The notes under the pieces are model-generated. The model ran no database searches, had not been told where the DNA came from, and saw only the letters and a program-made list of their open reading frames with translations. A stretch of 55,246 nucleotides of DNA from Chloroflexota bacterium (GTDB lineage: Bacteria > Chloroflexota > Chloroflexia > QHBQ01), in the NCBI GenBank assembly GCA_043754535.1, contig JAYUUN010000023.1, positions 1 through 55,246 of the forward strand, given 5' to 3'. Made by a program: the position numbers and the translations under genes. Numbering within the stretch: position 1 is the first letter of the stretch; every line of letters begins with the position of its first letter. Below, in pieces: positions 1-14,338 of this stretch.

Positions 1-956
1 CCCTCCTCCTTCGTCAGGATGTAGGCCTCGGCCTTGAAGTTGGTGTGCGGCGTGATGCTGCCGGGCTTGGCCAAAACCTGGCCGCGCTCGACATCCTCGC
101 GCTTGGTGCCACGCAACAGAGCGCCGATGTTGTCGCCAGCCTCGCCACGGTCCAGCAGCTTGCGGAACATTTCTACGCCGGTGACGATGGTCTTCACCGT
201 GTTCTTGATGCCGACGATCTCAACCTCGTCGCCCACATTGACGATGCCGCGCTCAATGCGGCCAGTCACGACAGTGCCACGGCCGGAAATGCTGAACACG
301 TCCTCGATGGGCATCAGGAACGGGCGGTCGGTCGCACGGAGCGGCTGCGGAATATACTCGTCCACCGCTGCCATCAGCTTCAGAATGGCCTGCTCACCCA
401 ACTCCGGATTCTTGTCCTCAAGCGCCATCAGCGCAGAGCCATGGACGATCGGGATGTCGTCGCCGGGGAACTGGTAGGAGGACAGCAGCTCGCGCACTTC
501 CATCTCGACCAGCTCAAGCAACTCGGGATCGTCCACCATGTCCACCTTGTTCAGGAACACGACGAGCGCCGGAACACCGACCTGGCGGGCGAGCAGGATG
601 TGCTCGCGGGTCTGCGGCATCGGGCCGTCGGCGGCGGACACGACCAGGATCGCGCCGTCCATCTGCGCAGCACCGGTAATCATGTTCTTCACGTAGTCGG
701 CGTGGCCGGGGCAGTCCACGTGGGCGTAGTGGCGGTTGGCCGTCTCATACTCGACGTGGGCCGTCGAGATAGTGATGCCGCGCGCGCGCTCCTCAGGGGC
801 CTTATCAATTTGGTCGTAGGCGGTGTAGGTCGCACCGCCGGACTTCGCCAGGATCTTGGTGATCGCTGCCGTCAGCGAGGTTTTGCCATGGTCCACGTGA
901 CCGATGGTGCCAACGTTGACGTGCGGCTTGTTACGCTCGAACTTCTGCTTTGCCAT
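1..956 (-). CDS. tuf: Elongation factor Tu (3' end truncated by window edge)
   Basis: Not in the ORF track. Manual minus-strand translation from ATG 956 gives [34 protein letters not shown]...RGITI...[20 protein letters not shown]...NKVD. GGAGAG RBS upstream; lies downstream of fusA. Confidence 0.98.
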   Translation of the reverse strand, partial: MAKQKFERNKPHVNVGTIGHVDHGKTSLTAAITKILAKSGGATYTAYDQIDKAPEERARGITISTAHVEYETANRHYAHVDCPGHADYVKNMITGAAQMDGAILVVSAADGPMPQTREHILLARQVGVPALVVFLNKVDMVDDPELLELVEMEVRELLSSYQFPGDDIPIVHGSALMALEDKNPELGEQAILKLMAAVDEYIPQPLRATDRPFLMPIEDVFSISGRGTVVTGRIERGIVNVGDEVEIVGIKNTVKTIVTGVEMFRKLLDRGEAGDNIGALLRGTKREDVERGQVLAKPGSITPHTNFKAEAYILTKEE

Positions 957-1009
957 TACTGTCCTCTCTCCTAATCCATAATCCGTCAGGGGTCAATCGG
1001 GGGTGAAGC

Positions 1010-1040
1010 GACCCCGCCCTCGGTTGAGGAAGGCGGGGTC
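1010..1040 (-). other. GC-rich hairpin in fusA-tuf spacer
   Basis: GACCCCGCC (1010-1018) pairs with GGCGGGGTC (1032-1040), with an inner CTC-GGTT-GAG stem. No U-tract, so mRNA stability or processing is more likely than termination. Confidence 0.55.
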
Positions 1041-1048
1041 GGAGTTAC

Positions 1049-3127
1049 TCAGCTCTTAGCCTTCTCGATCAGTTCCTTAGCGATGTTGCCCGGCACTTCT
1101 TCGTAGTGGTCGAACTCCATGCTAGAACTGGCGCGGCCCTGGGTCATGCCACGCAGGGTGTTGACGTAGCCGAACATACTGGCGAGCGGCACGTGCGCCG
1201 TGATCACCTTCGCGTTGCCGGGGCGGTCTTCGATGCCTTGCAGCACCCCGCGCCGCCCGTTCAGGTCACCGACCACCGAACCCATGTAGTCTTCGTGGGT
1301 AGTCACTTCAACCTTCATGATCGGCTCCAGGATGACGGGGCCAGCCTTCGGCACGGCGTTCTTGATCGCTAGCGAACCAGCAATCTTGAAGGCCATTTCG
1401 CTGGAGTCCACCTCGTGGTAGCTGCCGTCGTAGACGCTCACGTGTACATCCACCATCGGGTAGCCCGCGATGATGCCATTGGCGAGTGCTTCCTTGATCC
1501 CCTCACCGATAGCTGGGATGTACTCCTTCGGTATTGCGCCGCCAGCAACCTTGTTCTCGAACAGGTAGCCGCCGCCACGCTCCATCGGCTCAACTTCGAT
1601 CCAGCAGTCGCCGAACTGGCCCTTACCACCCGACTGGCGCACGAAGCGGCCCTGTGCTTTGGCGGTCTTGGTAATACCCTCACGGTAAGCAACCTGCGGG
1701 CGACCAATGTTGGCCTCGACCTTGTACTCGCGGAACATCCGATCCACGATGATCTCAAGGTGCAGTTCGCCCATGCCGCTGATAATCGTCTGCAAGGTCT
1801 CTGGGTCAGTCCGCATCCGGAAAGTCGGGTCTTCCTCGGCAAGGCGGGTAAGAGCGTTACCCATCTTATCCTGGTCGGCCTTAGTCTTCGGTTCGATAGC
1901 GACGTTGACCACTGGCTCTGGGAAGATGATCCGTTCCAGGGTAATCAGATGCTCCAGGTCGGAGAGGGTGTCACCAGTGAAGGTGTCCTTCAAACCGACG
2001 ATTGCACCGATGTCGCCAGAGTACACGGTGTCCAGGTCTTCGCGGTGGTTTGCGTGCATTTGCAGCAGGCGGGCGATCCGTTCGCGCTTGCCCTTGCTGG
2101 TGTTCATCACGTAAGTACCACTGCTGACCTTGCCAGAGTAGACGCGGAAGTAGGCAAGGCGGCCCACGAATGGGTCAGCAACGATCTTGAAGACCAGTGC
2201 GCTGAACGGCTCGGTATCGCTTACCTGCCGCTCGATCTCCTCGTCGCTGTCGGGGTCAGTCCCCTTGGTCGGCGGCACATCCAGCGGGCTGGGCAGATAG
2301 TGAACAACCGCATCCAACATCGGCTGCACGCCCTTGTTCTTCAAGGCCGCACCGCAGAGGACGGGGACAAGTTGGTTGGCAATGGTGGCGCGGCGCAGGG
2401 CAGGGATAAGCTGCTCCTTGCTGATCTCGCCATCCTCAAGGTAGATATTGAGCAACTCCTCGTCTGTCTCAGCGACCGCCTCAAACAGGTTGGCGCGGTG
2501 GGTAGCAGCGAGTTCGACGAACTCAGCCGGGATCGGCTTGTGTTCGATGTTGGTACCGAGGTCGTTGGTGTAGAAGATCGCCTCGTTCTCGATCAGGTCG
2601 ATCACCCCCTGGAAGTCGGACTCTGCGCCAATCGGCAGCTGGATAGGCAGCGGCCTGGCACCAAGGCGTTCCTTGATCATCTCCACCGTGCGCCAGAAGT
2701 TCGCGCCGATGCGATCCATCTTGTTGATGAAGCAGATACGCGGCACGTGGTACTTGTCAGCCTGTCGCCAGACAGTCTCTGACTGTGGCTCCACGCCAGC
2801 CACCGCGTCAAACACAACCACGCCGCCATCAAGCACGCGCAGGCTGCGCTCAACCTCAACTGTGAAGTCTACGTGGCCGGGGGTGTCGATAATATTGACC
2901 CGGCAATCCTGCCATTCGGCAGTGGTGGCCGCCGAGGTAATGGTAATGCCCCGCTCCTGCTCCTGGGCCATCCAGTCCATGGTAGCTGCGCCCTCGTGTA
3001 CTTCACCGATCTTGTGCGTCTTACCGGTGTAATAGAGGATGCGCTCGGTAGTGGTAGTCTTACCGGCATCAATATGGGCAATGATACCGATGTTTCTAGT
3101 CTTCTCTAGAGGAAATGCCCTTGCCAC
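1049..3127 (-). CDS. fusA: Elongation factor G
   Basis: [28 protein letters not shown] and NKMD motifs; 692 aa; str-operon position. Confidence 0.99.
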   Translation of the reverse strand: MARAFPLEKTRNIGIIAHIDAGKTTTTERILYYTGKTHKIGEVHEGAATMDWMAQEQERGITITSAATTAEWQDCRVNIIDTPGHVDFTVEVERSLRVLDGGVVVFDAVAGVEPQSETVWRQADKYHVPRICFINKMDRIGANFWRTVEMIKERLGARPLPIQLPIGAESDFQGVIDLIENEAIFYTNDLGTNIEHKPIPAEFVELAATHRANLFEAVAETDEELLNIYLEDGEISKEQLIPALRRATIANQLVPVLCGAALKNKGVQPMLDAVVHYLPSPLDVPPTKGTDPDSDEEIERQVSDTEPFSALVFKIVADPFVGRLAYFRVYSGKVSSGTYVMNTSKGKRERIARLLQMHANHREDLDTVYSGDIGAIVGLKDTFTGDTLSDLEHLITLERIIFPEPVVNVAIEPKTKADQDKMGNALTRLAEEDPTFRMRTDPETLQTIISGMGELHLEIIVDRMFREYKVEANIGRPQVAYREGITKTAKAQGRFVRQSGGKGQFGDCWIEVEPMERGGGYLFENKVAGGAIPKEYIPAIGEGIKEALANGIIAGYPMVDVHVSVYDGSYHEVDSSEMAFKIAGSLAIKNAVPKAGPVILEPIMKVEVTTHEDYMGSVVGDLNGRRGVLQGIEDRPGNAKVITAHVPLASMFGYVNTLRGMTQGRASSSMEFDHYEEVPGNIAKELIEKAKS

Positions 3128-3235
3128 AAACTGTTCTCCTGTGTTCTCCGGGCAGGGGGGGCGGTGTACGCCCCACCCTTATTTGCACGCAAACCTGCGG
3201 TCTACCAGTAGTGGTAGCGCGGGGTAATTTGTTAA

Positions 3236-3706
3236 TTAGACGCGATAATGGGCGAAAGCCTTGTTTGCCTCAGCCATACGGTGGGTATCTTCGCGCTTCT
3301 TGACCGAGCCGCCCTGGTTGTTGGCTGCTTCAAGCAGTTCGGCAGTCAGCTTCTCGACCATCGAACGCCCACTGCGGCTGCGGGCGGCCCCGATCAACCA
3401 GCGAATCGCCAGTGACTGGCGGCGGTCGCCCTTGATCTCAATTGGCACCTGGTAGGTTGCGCCACCGATGCGCTTGGCCTTGACTTCAATCACCGGGGTG
3501 ACATTACGCATCGCCTGCTCGAACACTTCCAGCGCGCCACGGCGGGCATTGCGCTCTACCGCTTCCATTGCGCCGTACATGATCTTCTCGGCTGCGCCCT
3601 TCTTGCCGCCAATCATCAGCTTGTTGATGAACTTGCCAACCACGCGGCTGCCGTACTGGGAGTCGGGGGCCGCGATGCGGGCTTCTACCTTAGCTCTACG
3701 AGGCAT
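3236..3706 (-). CDS. rpsG: 30S ribosomal protein S7
   Basis: MPRR..., [30 protein letters not shown]. Confidence 0.99.
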   Translation of the reverse strand: MPRRAKVEARIAAPDSQYGSRVVGKFINKLMIGGKKGAAEKIMYGAMEAVERNARRGALEVFEQAMRNVTPVIEVKAKRIGGATYQVPIEIKGDRRQSLAIRWLIGAARSRSGRSMVEKLTAELLEAANNQGGSVKKREDTHRMAEANKAFAHYRV

Positions 3707-3811
3707 ACTTGCTTTTCTCTCCTTCAGCGGGCGCGGGTTGCGCCTCTACTTACTCACCCACCCCCGCACGCTCCCCACGCGGAGAGGTAGAGGAAGGTGT
3801 ATAAAATTGGC

Positions 3812-3894
3812 AAAAAGAATAGGAACCAGGATGCTCTGGCTGCCCAAAGGCCAACCAAAACTGCCTGCGCCTCGGCGCAAGTTCCCCGTTCCTA
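3812..3894 (-). other. Putative structured RNA element (three-way junction plus U-tract) in rpsL-rpsG spacer
   Basis: On the minus strand UAGGAACGGGGA pairs with UCCUGGUUCCUA, enclosing two hairpins with many G-U pairs, followed by UUCUUUUU. Confidence 0.55.
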
Positions 3895-4018
3895 CCACGC
3901 ACGACTTAGTACGTAACCACCGGCGCACGCACCGGCGTTATACAGGGGATTTACTTGTGCTGCTTGTCTGGCGCAACCGGGGGCTACTTACTGCCCAGCC
4001 ACCGGGTTGCTCTACTAC

Positions 4019-4465
<447 letters not shown>

Positions 4466-4573
4466 CGCTATCTCCTCTATCAAGCCGTAGCTTGAGCCAG
4501 TTTCGTCCGGCCAAAATCCTAATTGTTCTTAGCCGCGCAAAATAACCTCCCCCCTTGAGGGGGACAGTGCTGT

Positions 4574-4602
4574 ATTATACTAAGATTCAGGCGCAGTGTC
4601 AA
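4574..4602 (-). promoter_or_regulatory. Sigma70-type promoter of str operon
   Basis: Exact TTGACA-N17-TATAAT on the minus strand, about 110 nt upstream of rpsL. Confidence 0.85.
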
Positions 4603-4794
4603 GACTCTGACCCGCCTCTTTCGCGTGCCGACTGGCAGCGGGTAGCCTTGCAGCCCCCATCATTCTACCAAATCGGCTAGCTGCGCCCTAATCCTACGGC
4701 TTGGCAACGCCCACTACTGCGTTAGAGTTGAGTGTGCAAAGCGGGGGCGTACTCTCGTCCGCCCTCGCCCGCCAACCACAAGGCTGCTGACTGC

Positions 4795-9252
<4,458 letters not shown>

Positions 9253-9343
9253 TGTTTGTCTCCCCCTTGAGAGTAGCCAGCCGTTGGTTCTCCGCTAGCA
9301 TCGGCGGCAGACTCGCTGCCACACCACCGCGCACAACCAACCG

Positions 9344-9371
9344 CTGACCACTGACAACTGACAACTGACGA
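9344..9371 (+). repeat. Heptamer tandem repeat (CTGACNA)x4
   Basis: ctgacca-ctgacaa-ctgacaa-ctgacga in the rpoB-rpoC spacer. Confidence 0.8.
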
Positions 9372-9381
9372 CACTTGCACT

Positions 9382-12300
9382 CTAATCCCGATCAGCCTCG
9401 AAACCGGCCAGGTTGATGCCCTCAAGCTCAGATAGCACATCGTTATAGCTATCCTCGCCGAACTCGACCTTCTCCTGATCCTCGTTCAACACCTCGACCG
9501 AAAGACCGAGGCTCTGTAGCTCCTTGACCAGCACCTTGAACGACTCTGGCACGCCCGCCTCCATGATATTCTCGCCCTTGACGATAGCCTCATAGGTCTT
9601 GACGCGGCCCATCACGTCATCGGACTTGACGGTAAGCATCTCTTGCAGGGTGTGCGCTGCGCCGTAAGCCTCCAACGCCCACACCTCCATCTCGCCGAAT
9701 CGCTGACCGCCAAACTGGGCCTTACCACCAAGTGGCTGCTGGGTGACGAGGCTGTAGGGGCCGGTGGAGCGGGCGTGTACCTTGTCTTCGACCAGGTGGG
9801 CCAGCTTGAGCATATAAATCTGCCCGACGGTAACAGGGTTGTCAAAGGTCTCGCCGGTGCGCCCGTCGTAGAGGATCACCTTGCCGTCCAGCGGCAGTTC
9901 TGCCTGACGCAGAGCCTCGGTGATCTGCTCCTCGGTCGCGCCGTCAAACACCGGAGTAGCAACGCGGAAGCCCAGCTTCTCGGCGGCCCAACCCAGGTGC
10001 GTCTCCAAGATTTGGCCGATGTTCATGCGGTGCGGCACGCCGAGCGGGTTGAGGATAATGTCCACCGGCGTACCATCCGGCAGGTAGGGCATATCTTCTT
10101 CCTTCATCACCCGACTGACCACTCCCTTGTTGCCGTGCCGCCCCGCCATCTTGTCGCCAACCGAAATCTTGCGCTTCTTGGCGATAGTAATGCGAACCAT
10201 CTGGTTTACGCCAGCCGGTAGCTCGTCGGTCGCGTCGCGGCTGAACACGGTCACGTCGATCACCTTGCCGTACACGCCGTGTGGCACACGCAAGCTGGTG
10301 TCCTTCACCTCGCGGGCCTTCTCGCCGAAGATCGCCCGTAGCAGCCGCTCCTCAGCGGTCAACTCGGTCTCGCCCTTCGGGGTGATCTTGCCTACCAGAA
10401 TGTCGTTCGGCTGCACTTCTGCGCCGACGTAGATGATGCCCCGCTCGTCCAGGTCTTTAAGGCTATCCTCGCCGACGTTGGGGATGTCGCGGGTGATCTC
10501 CTCTGGGCCGAGCTTGGTATCGCGGGCCTCAACCTCGTGCTTCTCGATGTGGATGTTGGTGAATACGTCCTCGCGTACCAGCCGCTCACTGAGCAGGATC
10601 GCGTCCTCGAAGTTACCGCCCTCCCAGGGCATGAAGGCAACCAGGATGTTGCGGCCCAGGGCCAGTTCGCCCTTCTCGGTGCTGCTGCTGTCCGCGATCA
10701 CCATACCTTCTTCAACAAACTGACCGCGCTCGATACTGGGCCGCTGGTTGATGCAAGTATCCTGATTGCTGCGGACAAACTTCTGCAAGGGGTAGAGGCG
10801 TGGTTCGCCACCAAGAGTCAGCGTCACTTCACCGCTCACCCGGTCGCGGGTAGCTGGCTGGATCACTACGTGGGTTGCGTCTACCTCGCTAACTACTCCC
10901 GACTCACGAGCAGTAAGCACCTGCCCACTGTCGCGGGCGGCCTGCGCCTCCATGCCAGTGCCGATGATCGGGGCTTCGGGTGAAAGCAGCGGCACTGCCT
11001 GCTTCTGCATATTCGCACCCATCAAGGCGCGGTTCGCGTCGTCGTGTTCAAGGAAGGGGATCAGCGCACTAGCCACGCTCACCACCTGCTTGGGGGTCAC
11101 GTCCATGTAGTCTACCAGGTCAATCGGCTCGTAGAGTGGGTCTTCGCCGTGCCGCACCTCGGCACGGTCGGCGATGAACTCGCCCCACTCGTTAGTCGGT
11201 GAGTTGGCCTGGGCGATGAAGTAATCGTCCTCGCGGTCAGCCGACATATACTCAATTTCCTGGATGATGAAGGGCCGCACCTTGATTGTTTGCAGGCTCA
11301 AGCGAGCAATCTGGGCCGCCAGTTCTGCGTCGATACGGGTGCCTCTGCGCGCTATCACGTTGCCGTCTGCGTCGCTCAGGTTCTCGCGCAGCAGGCGGTC
11401 TAGCAAGGCGGCTGGCTCGTTCGCCACCTCACGCATCACCTTGCGGTAGGGCGTTTCGATAAAGCCATACTCGTTGATGCGGGCGTAGGTCGCCAGGCTA
11501 CCGATCAGGCCGATGTTCGGCCCTTCTGGGGTTTCGATGGGGCAGATGCGCCCATAGTGAGAGTGGTGAACGTCGCGCACGTCGAAGCCAGCCCGGTCGC
11601 GGCTAAGACCGCCGGGGCCGAGGGCAGAGAGCCGCCGTTTGTGCGTAAGCTCGGAGAGCGGGTTGTTTTGGTCCATGAACTGCGACAACTGGCTGCCACC
11701 AAAGAACTCGCGCATGGCTGCAACGACTGGGCGGATGTTGATCAGCATATTGGGGGCAACCGACTCTGGGTCGTGGATGCTCATCCGCTCCTTGATCACC
11801 CGCTCCATGCGGAGGATGCCGACGCGGAACTGGCCCTGGATCAGTTCGCCGACCGTGCGAACACGGCGGTTGCCCAGGTGGTCAATGTCATCTGGGTGGT
11901 TGTGGCCGTTGTTCAGCTTGACCATCATCTTGACGATCTCAACGATGTCTTGCTTGGTCAGGGTCAGCGTTTCCATGCCGGGGTTCTCAAGGGTCAGCCG
12001 CTTGTTCAGCTTGTAGCGGCCCACCTTCGCCAGGTCGTAGCGGCGGGGGTTGAACAGCATCGCTTGCAGCAGGCTGGTAGCGTTGTCCAGCGTCGGCGGG
12101 TCGCCTGGGCGTAGGCGGCGGTAGAGTTCGATCACTGCCTCCTCACCGGCCCGCTTCTCGATCCGTTCCTCAGCCTCGGCCCGCTTGGCCGCAATACGAC
12201 GGCGGAACCCCTCCTCGTCGCGCTCGCCGCCCGCCTTCTCCATGCGGTTGCGCTCCTCAACCTCGAAGCGGGAGACTTCCTTCTCTACCTGCTCACGGAT

Positions 12301-13116
12301 CGTCTTAAAGAGGGTGCTATCCGTGGTCTTGATCGGGTCCTTGTCAATAGTAGACTGGATGTAGTGGTGGGTCTCGTCGTTGTCCACATCGCTGAACAGT
12401 TCGATCAGCTTCTCGTCCATCGCAAAGCCACCGAGGGCGCGCAACAGCACCGTCACTGGAATCTTGCGCTTGCGGTCAACCTTGACCGAGAGGATGTCCT
12501 TGTTGCTGGTCTCAAACTCCAGCCAGGCACCGCGGTTGGGGATCAACTTGGCGGCAGCGAGCTTGCGCCCACTGTTGGGGTCTTCGTGCTGGGTGAAGTA
12601 GACTCCAGGGGAGCGTACTAGCTGGCTGACGACCACGCGCTCGGCTCCGTTGATCACGAAGGTACCGTTCTCGGTCATCAGCGGGAAGTCGCCCATGAAA
12701 ATCTCAGACTCTTTGATCTCGCCAGTTTCCTTGATGATCAGGCGCACCCGTACGCGCAGAGGGGCCGCGTAGGTCATATCGCGCTGGCGACACTCGAACT
12801 CGCTATAGCGGGGTTCACCAAAGTGGAAGTCCATGAAGTGCAACTCCATGCTCTTGCCGGTGAAGTCCTGGATTGGTGAAATCTCGCTGAAAAGCTGGCG
12901 GAGGCCGTCAACCTTGAACCACTCGAACGAGTCGGTTTGTATCTGGATCAGCTTGGGCATTGGCAGTACCGCTGGGATGCGGGCGTAGCTGCGCCGACCA
13001 TTGTCGGCAGCGGCACCCTCGGCCAGGCGGGTGCGTTCGGAGTAGGTGAGCGTCGAAACATCAGGGACAATTACTGCTTCGGAACCGAGGGGATTGCTAA
13101 GGGCGGGCGCAGTCAT
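9382..13116 (-). CDS. rpoB: RNA polymerase beta subunit
   Basis: [68 protein letters not shown]. Confidence 0.99.
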   Translation of the reverse strand: MTAPALSNPLGSEAVIVPDVSTLTYSERTRLAEGAAADNGRRSYARIPAVLPMPKLIQIQTDSFEWFKVDGLRQLFSEISPIQDFTGKSMELHFMDFHFGEPRYSEFECRQRDMTYAAPLRVRVRLIIKETGEIKESEIFMGDFPLMTENGTFVINGAERVVVSQLVRSPGVYFTQHEDPNSGRKLAAAKLIPNRGAWLEFETSNKDILSVKVDRKRKIPVTVLLRALGGFAMDEKLIELFSDVDNDETHHYIQSTIDKDPIKTTDSTLFKTIREQVEKEVSRFEVEERNRMEKAGGERDEEGFRRRIAAKRAEAEERIEKRAGEEAVIELYRRLRPGDPPTLDNATSLLQAMLFNPRRYDLAKVGRYKLNKRLTLENPGMETLTLTKQDIVEIVKMMVKLNNGHNHPDDIDHLGNRRVRTVGELIQGQFRVGILRMERVIKERMSIHDPESVAPNMLINIRPVVAAMREFFGGSQLSQFMDQNNPLSELTHKRRLSALGPGGLSRDRAGFDVRDVHHSHYGRICPIETPEGPNIGLIGSLATYARINEYGFIETPYRKVMREVANEPAALLDRLLRENLSDADGNVIARRGTRIDAELAAQIARLSLQTIKVRPFIIQEIEYMSADREDDYFIAQANSPTNEWGEFIADRAEVRHGEDPLYEPIDLVDYMDVTPKQVVSVASALIPFLEHDDANRALMGANMQKQAVPLLSPEAPIIGTGMEAQAARDSGQVLTARESGVVSEVDATHVVIQPATRDRVSGEVTLTLGGEPRLYPLQKFVRSNQDTCINQRPSIERGQFVEEGMVIADSSSTEKGELALGRNILVAFMPWEGGNFEDAILLSERLVREDVFTNIHIEKHEVEARDTKLGPEEITRDIPNVGEDSLKDLDERGIIYVGAEVQPNDILVGKITPKGETELTAEERLLRAIFGEKAREVKDTSLRVPHGVYGKVIDVTVFSRDATDELPAGVNQMVRITIAKKRKISVGDKMAGRHGNKGVVSRVMKEEDMPYLPDGTPVDIILNPLGVPHRMNIGQILETHLGWAAEKLGFRVATPVFDGATEEQITEALRQAELPLDGKVILYDGRTGETFDNPVTVGQIYMLKLAHLVEDKVHARSTGPYSLVTQQPLGGKAQFGGQRFGEMEVWALEAYGAAHTLQEMLTVKSDDVMGRVKTYEAIVKGENIMEAGVPESFKVLVKELQSLGLSVEVLNEDQEKVEFGEDSYNDVLSELEGINLAGFEADRD

Positions 13117-13301
13117 CAGGCATGGCCTCCTTGACGGGAGAAAGAGGAATGGAACACGCTAGACACACATAGACACAAGAATAAAAGTACACGTTAGTGG
13201 CTTGTTCGGCAACACTTTCGGACTTCCTTCTTGTGTCTGACGCTGACACATGAATCTTCAATTAACCGCATATGTGACTCAGCTAAGGGACTTAGGGGGT
13301 T

Positions 13302-13330
13302 ATTATACCAGAATGGGGAGGGGATGTCAA
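13302..13330 (-). promoter_or_regulatory. rpoB promoter P1
   Basis: Exact TTGACA-N17-TATAAT with an extended TG. Confidence 0.85.
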
Positions 13331-13413
13331 GGGGCAAACACAAATATCGCCGACGAGGTTCGGGACGGCACTTGCAAAGGCCAGGCACGTCGGTAAACCT
13401 CTAGCTTGTGCCT

Positions 13414-13442
13414 ATTATAGACCTATTCGGCCCGCTTGTCAA
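13414..13442 (-). promoter_or_regulatory. rpoB promoter P2
   Basis: Second exact TTGACA-N17-TATAAT, 112 nt upstream of P1. Confidence 0.8.
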
Positions 13443-13602
13443 TACCCTACGCCACCCAATTGTGGAAAACCTGGTGGATGAGCGGTGGACGCGCGGTGGA
13501 AAGGCGGTGATCTGTGCCACTCGCTGATTGCTTCAGAGATCGGGCAAAAGTCGCAGGTGGCAGATTGTCGGCCAGCTAGAGACTTTGTTATAATAGGAGT
13601 GC

Positions 13603-14034
13603 TTACTGCTTTGGCAGTTGAGCAGAACCTGAACTAACCGCGTCGATCTCGATGTAGGTGCGCTTGGTCCGCGTGATAGCACCGAACAGGTCGAATAGCT
13701 TGACCATGAAGCCGTACTTTTGGCGGATCGCCTGCTTAGCCTGGGGGTTGCTGGCGGTGGCAGTGTCGCGGGCCGCACCATCAAGGGTGGGGCCAGGCAG
13801 CGGTTTGCCACTGCGCTCGCAAGGAGCGAGTTGCACATGGGGGTTGTTGTGGATGCGCTTGACCTTGCCACTCTGCACCGCAGTGGTCACATAAATCTTG
13901 CCAGCAACCTCAACGAACCAAACTGGGGTCGAAACTCCTACCCCGCTCTTGCGGAAGGTAGTCAGGTTGATGTACTGTACGCCGCGCAGAGCCGAAAAGT
14001 TCGCGCTGCCGTCCTGCTCGATATTTGTTGCCAT
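13603..14034 (-). CDS. PPOX-class F420-dependent oxidoreductase
   Basis: YINLTTFRKSGVGVSTPVWF and SGKVKRIHNNPHVQLAPC motifs. ATG at 14034 follows AGGAAGG. Confidence 0.88.
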   Translation of the reverse strand: MATNIEQDGSANFSALRGVQYINLTTFRKSGVGVSTPVWFVEVAGKIYVTTAVQSGKVKRIHNNPHVQLAPCERSGKPLPGPTLDGAARDTATASNPQAKQAIRQKYGFMVKLFDLFGAITRTKRTYIEIDAVSSGSAQLPKQ

Positions 14035-14281
14035 AGCTTGCCTTCCTGTCGCCAACAGATTGGGGTTAACTACTCGCTACTGTGGGGCTACAGCACTTGT
14101 AGCAGCCAACAGCTACGCTACGTTGCGCTAGTTGCACAATAGGGCAAGATATAGGCCACAGAACGGCAGGCCAGCGCAGGGCGAGACGAGATTGGCTTCG
14201 CACTGGCGCGTTAGCTATTGTCGGATATGTAGATGTTCTGGTATACTTGTTGCAAGTCGCTGGTTCAGGGACTACCGCAAC

Positions 14282-14310
14282 TTGACAATAACAGGCGGTT
14301 GCCCTACAAT
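14282..14310 (+). promoter_or_regulatory. alaS operon promoter
   Basis: TTGACA-N17-TACAAT, 28 nt before the GTG start. Confidence 0.75.
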
Positions 14311-14338
14311 CCAAGCAGGCCAAGCAGGAGGGGTAGCA

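Noticed and set aside
34..974. Plus-strand ORFs of 147 and 309 aa
   Set aside because: Antisense shadows of tuf. The same applies to long opposite-strand ORFs over fusA, rpoC, rpoB, alaS and others (for example 1415-2782, 7690-8880, 23084-24106), as expected in GC-rich DNA.
3746..3928. 60-aa ORF in the rpsL-rpsG spacer
   Set aside because: No RBS or recognisable protein; the region is better explained by RNA structure.
11590..11710. Possible rifampicin-resistance substitutions in RpoB
   Set aside because: Cluster I reads [26 protein letters not shown], with the usual sensitive residues. RpsL PKKPNS is also wild type.
13194..13388. Possible leader peptide upstream of rpoB
   Set aside because: It spans the P1 promoter, lacks an RBS and has no regulatory codon run.
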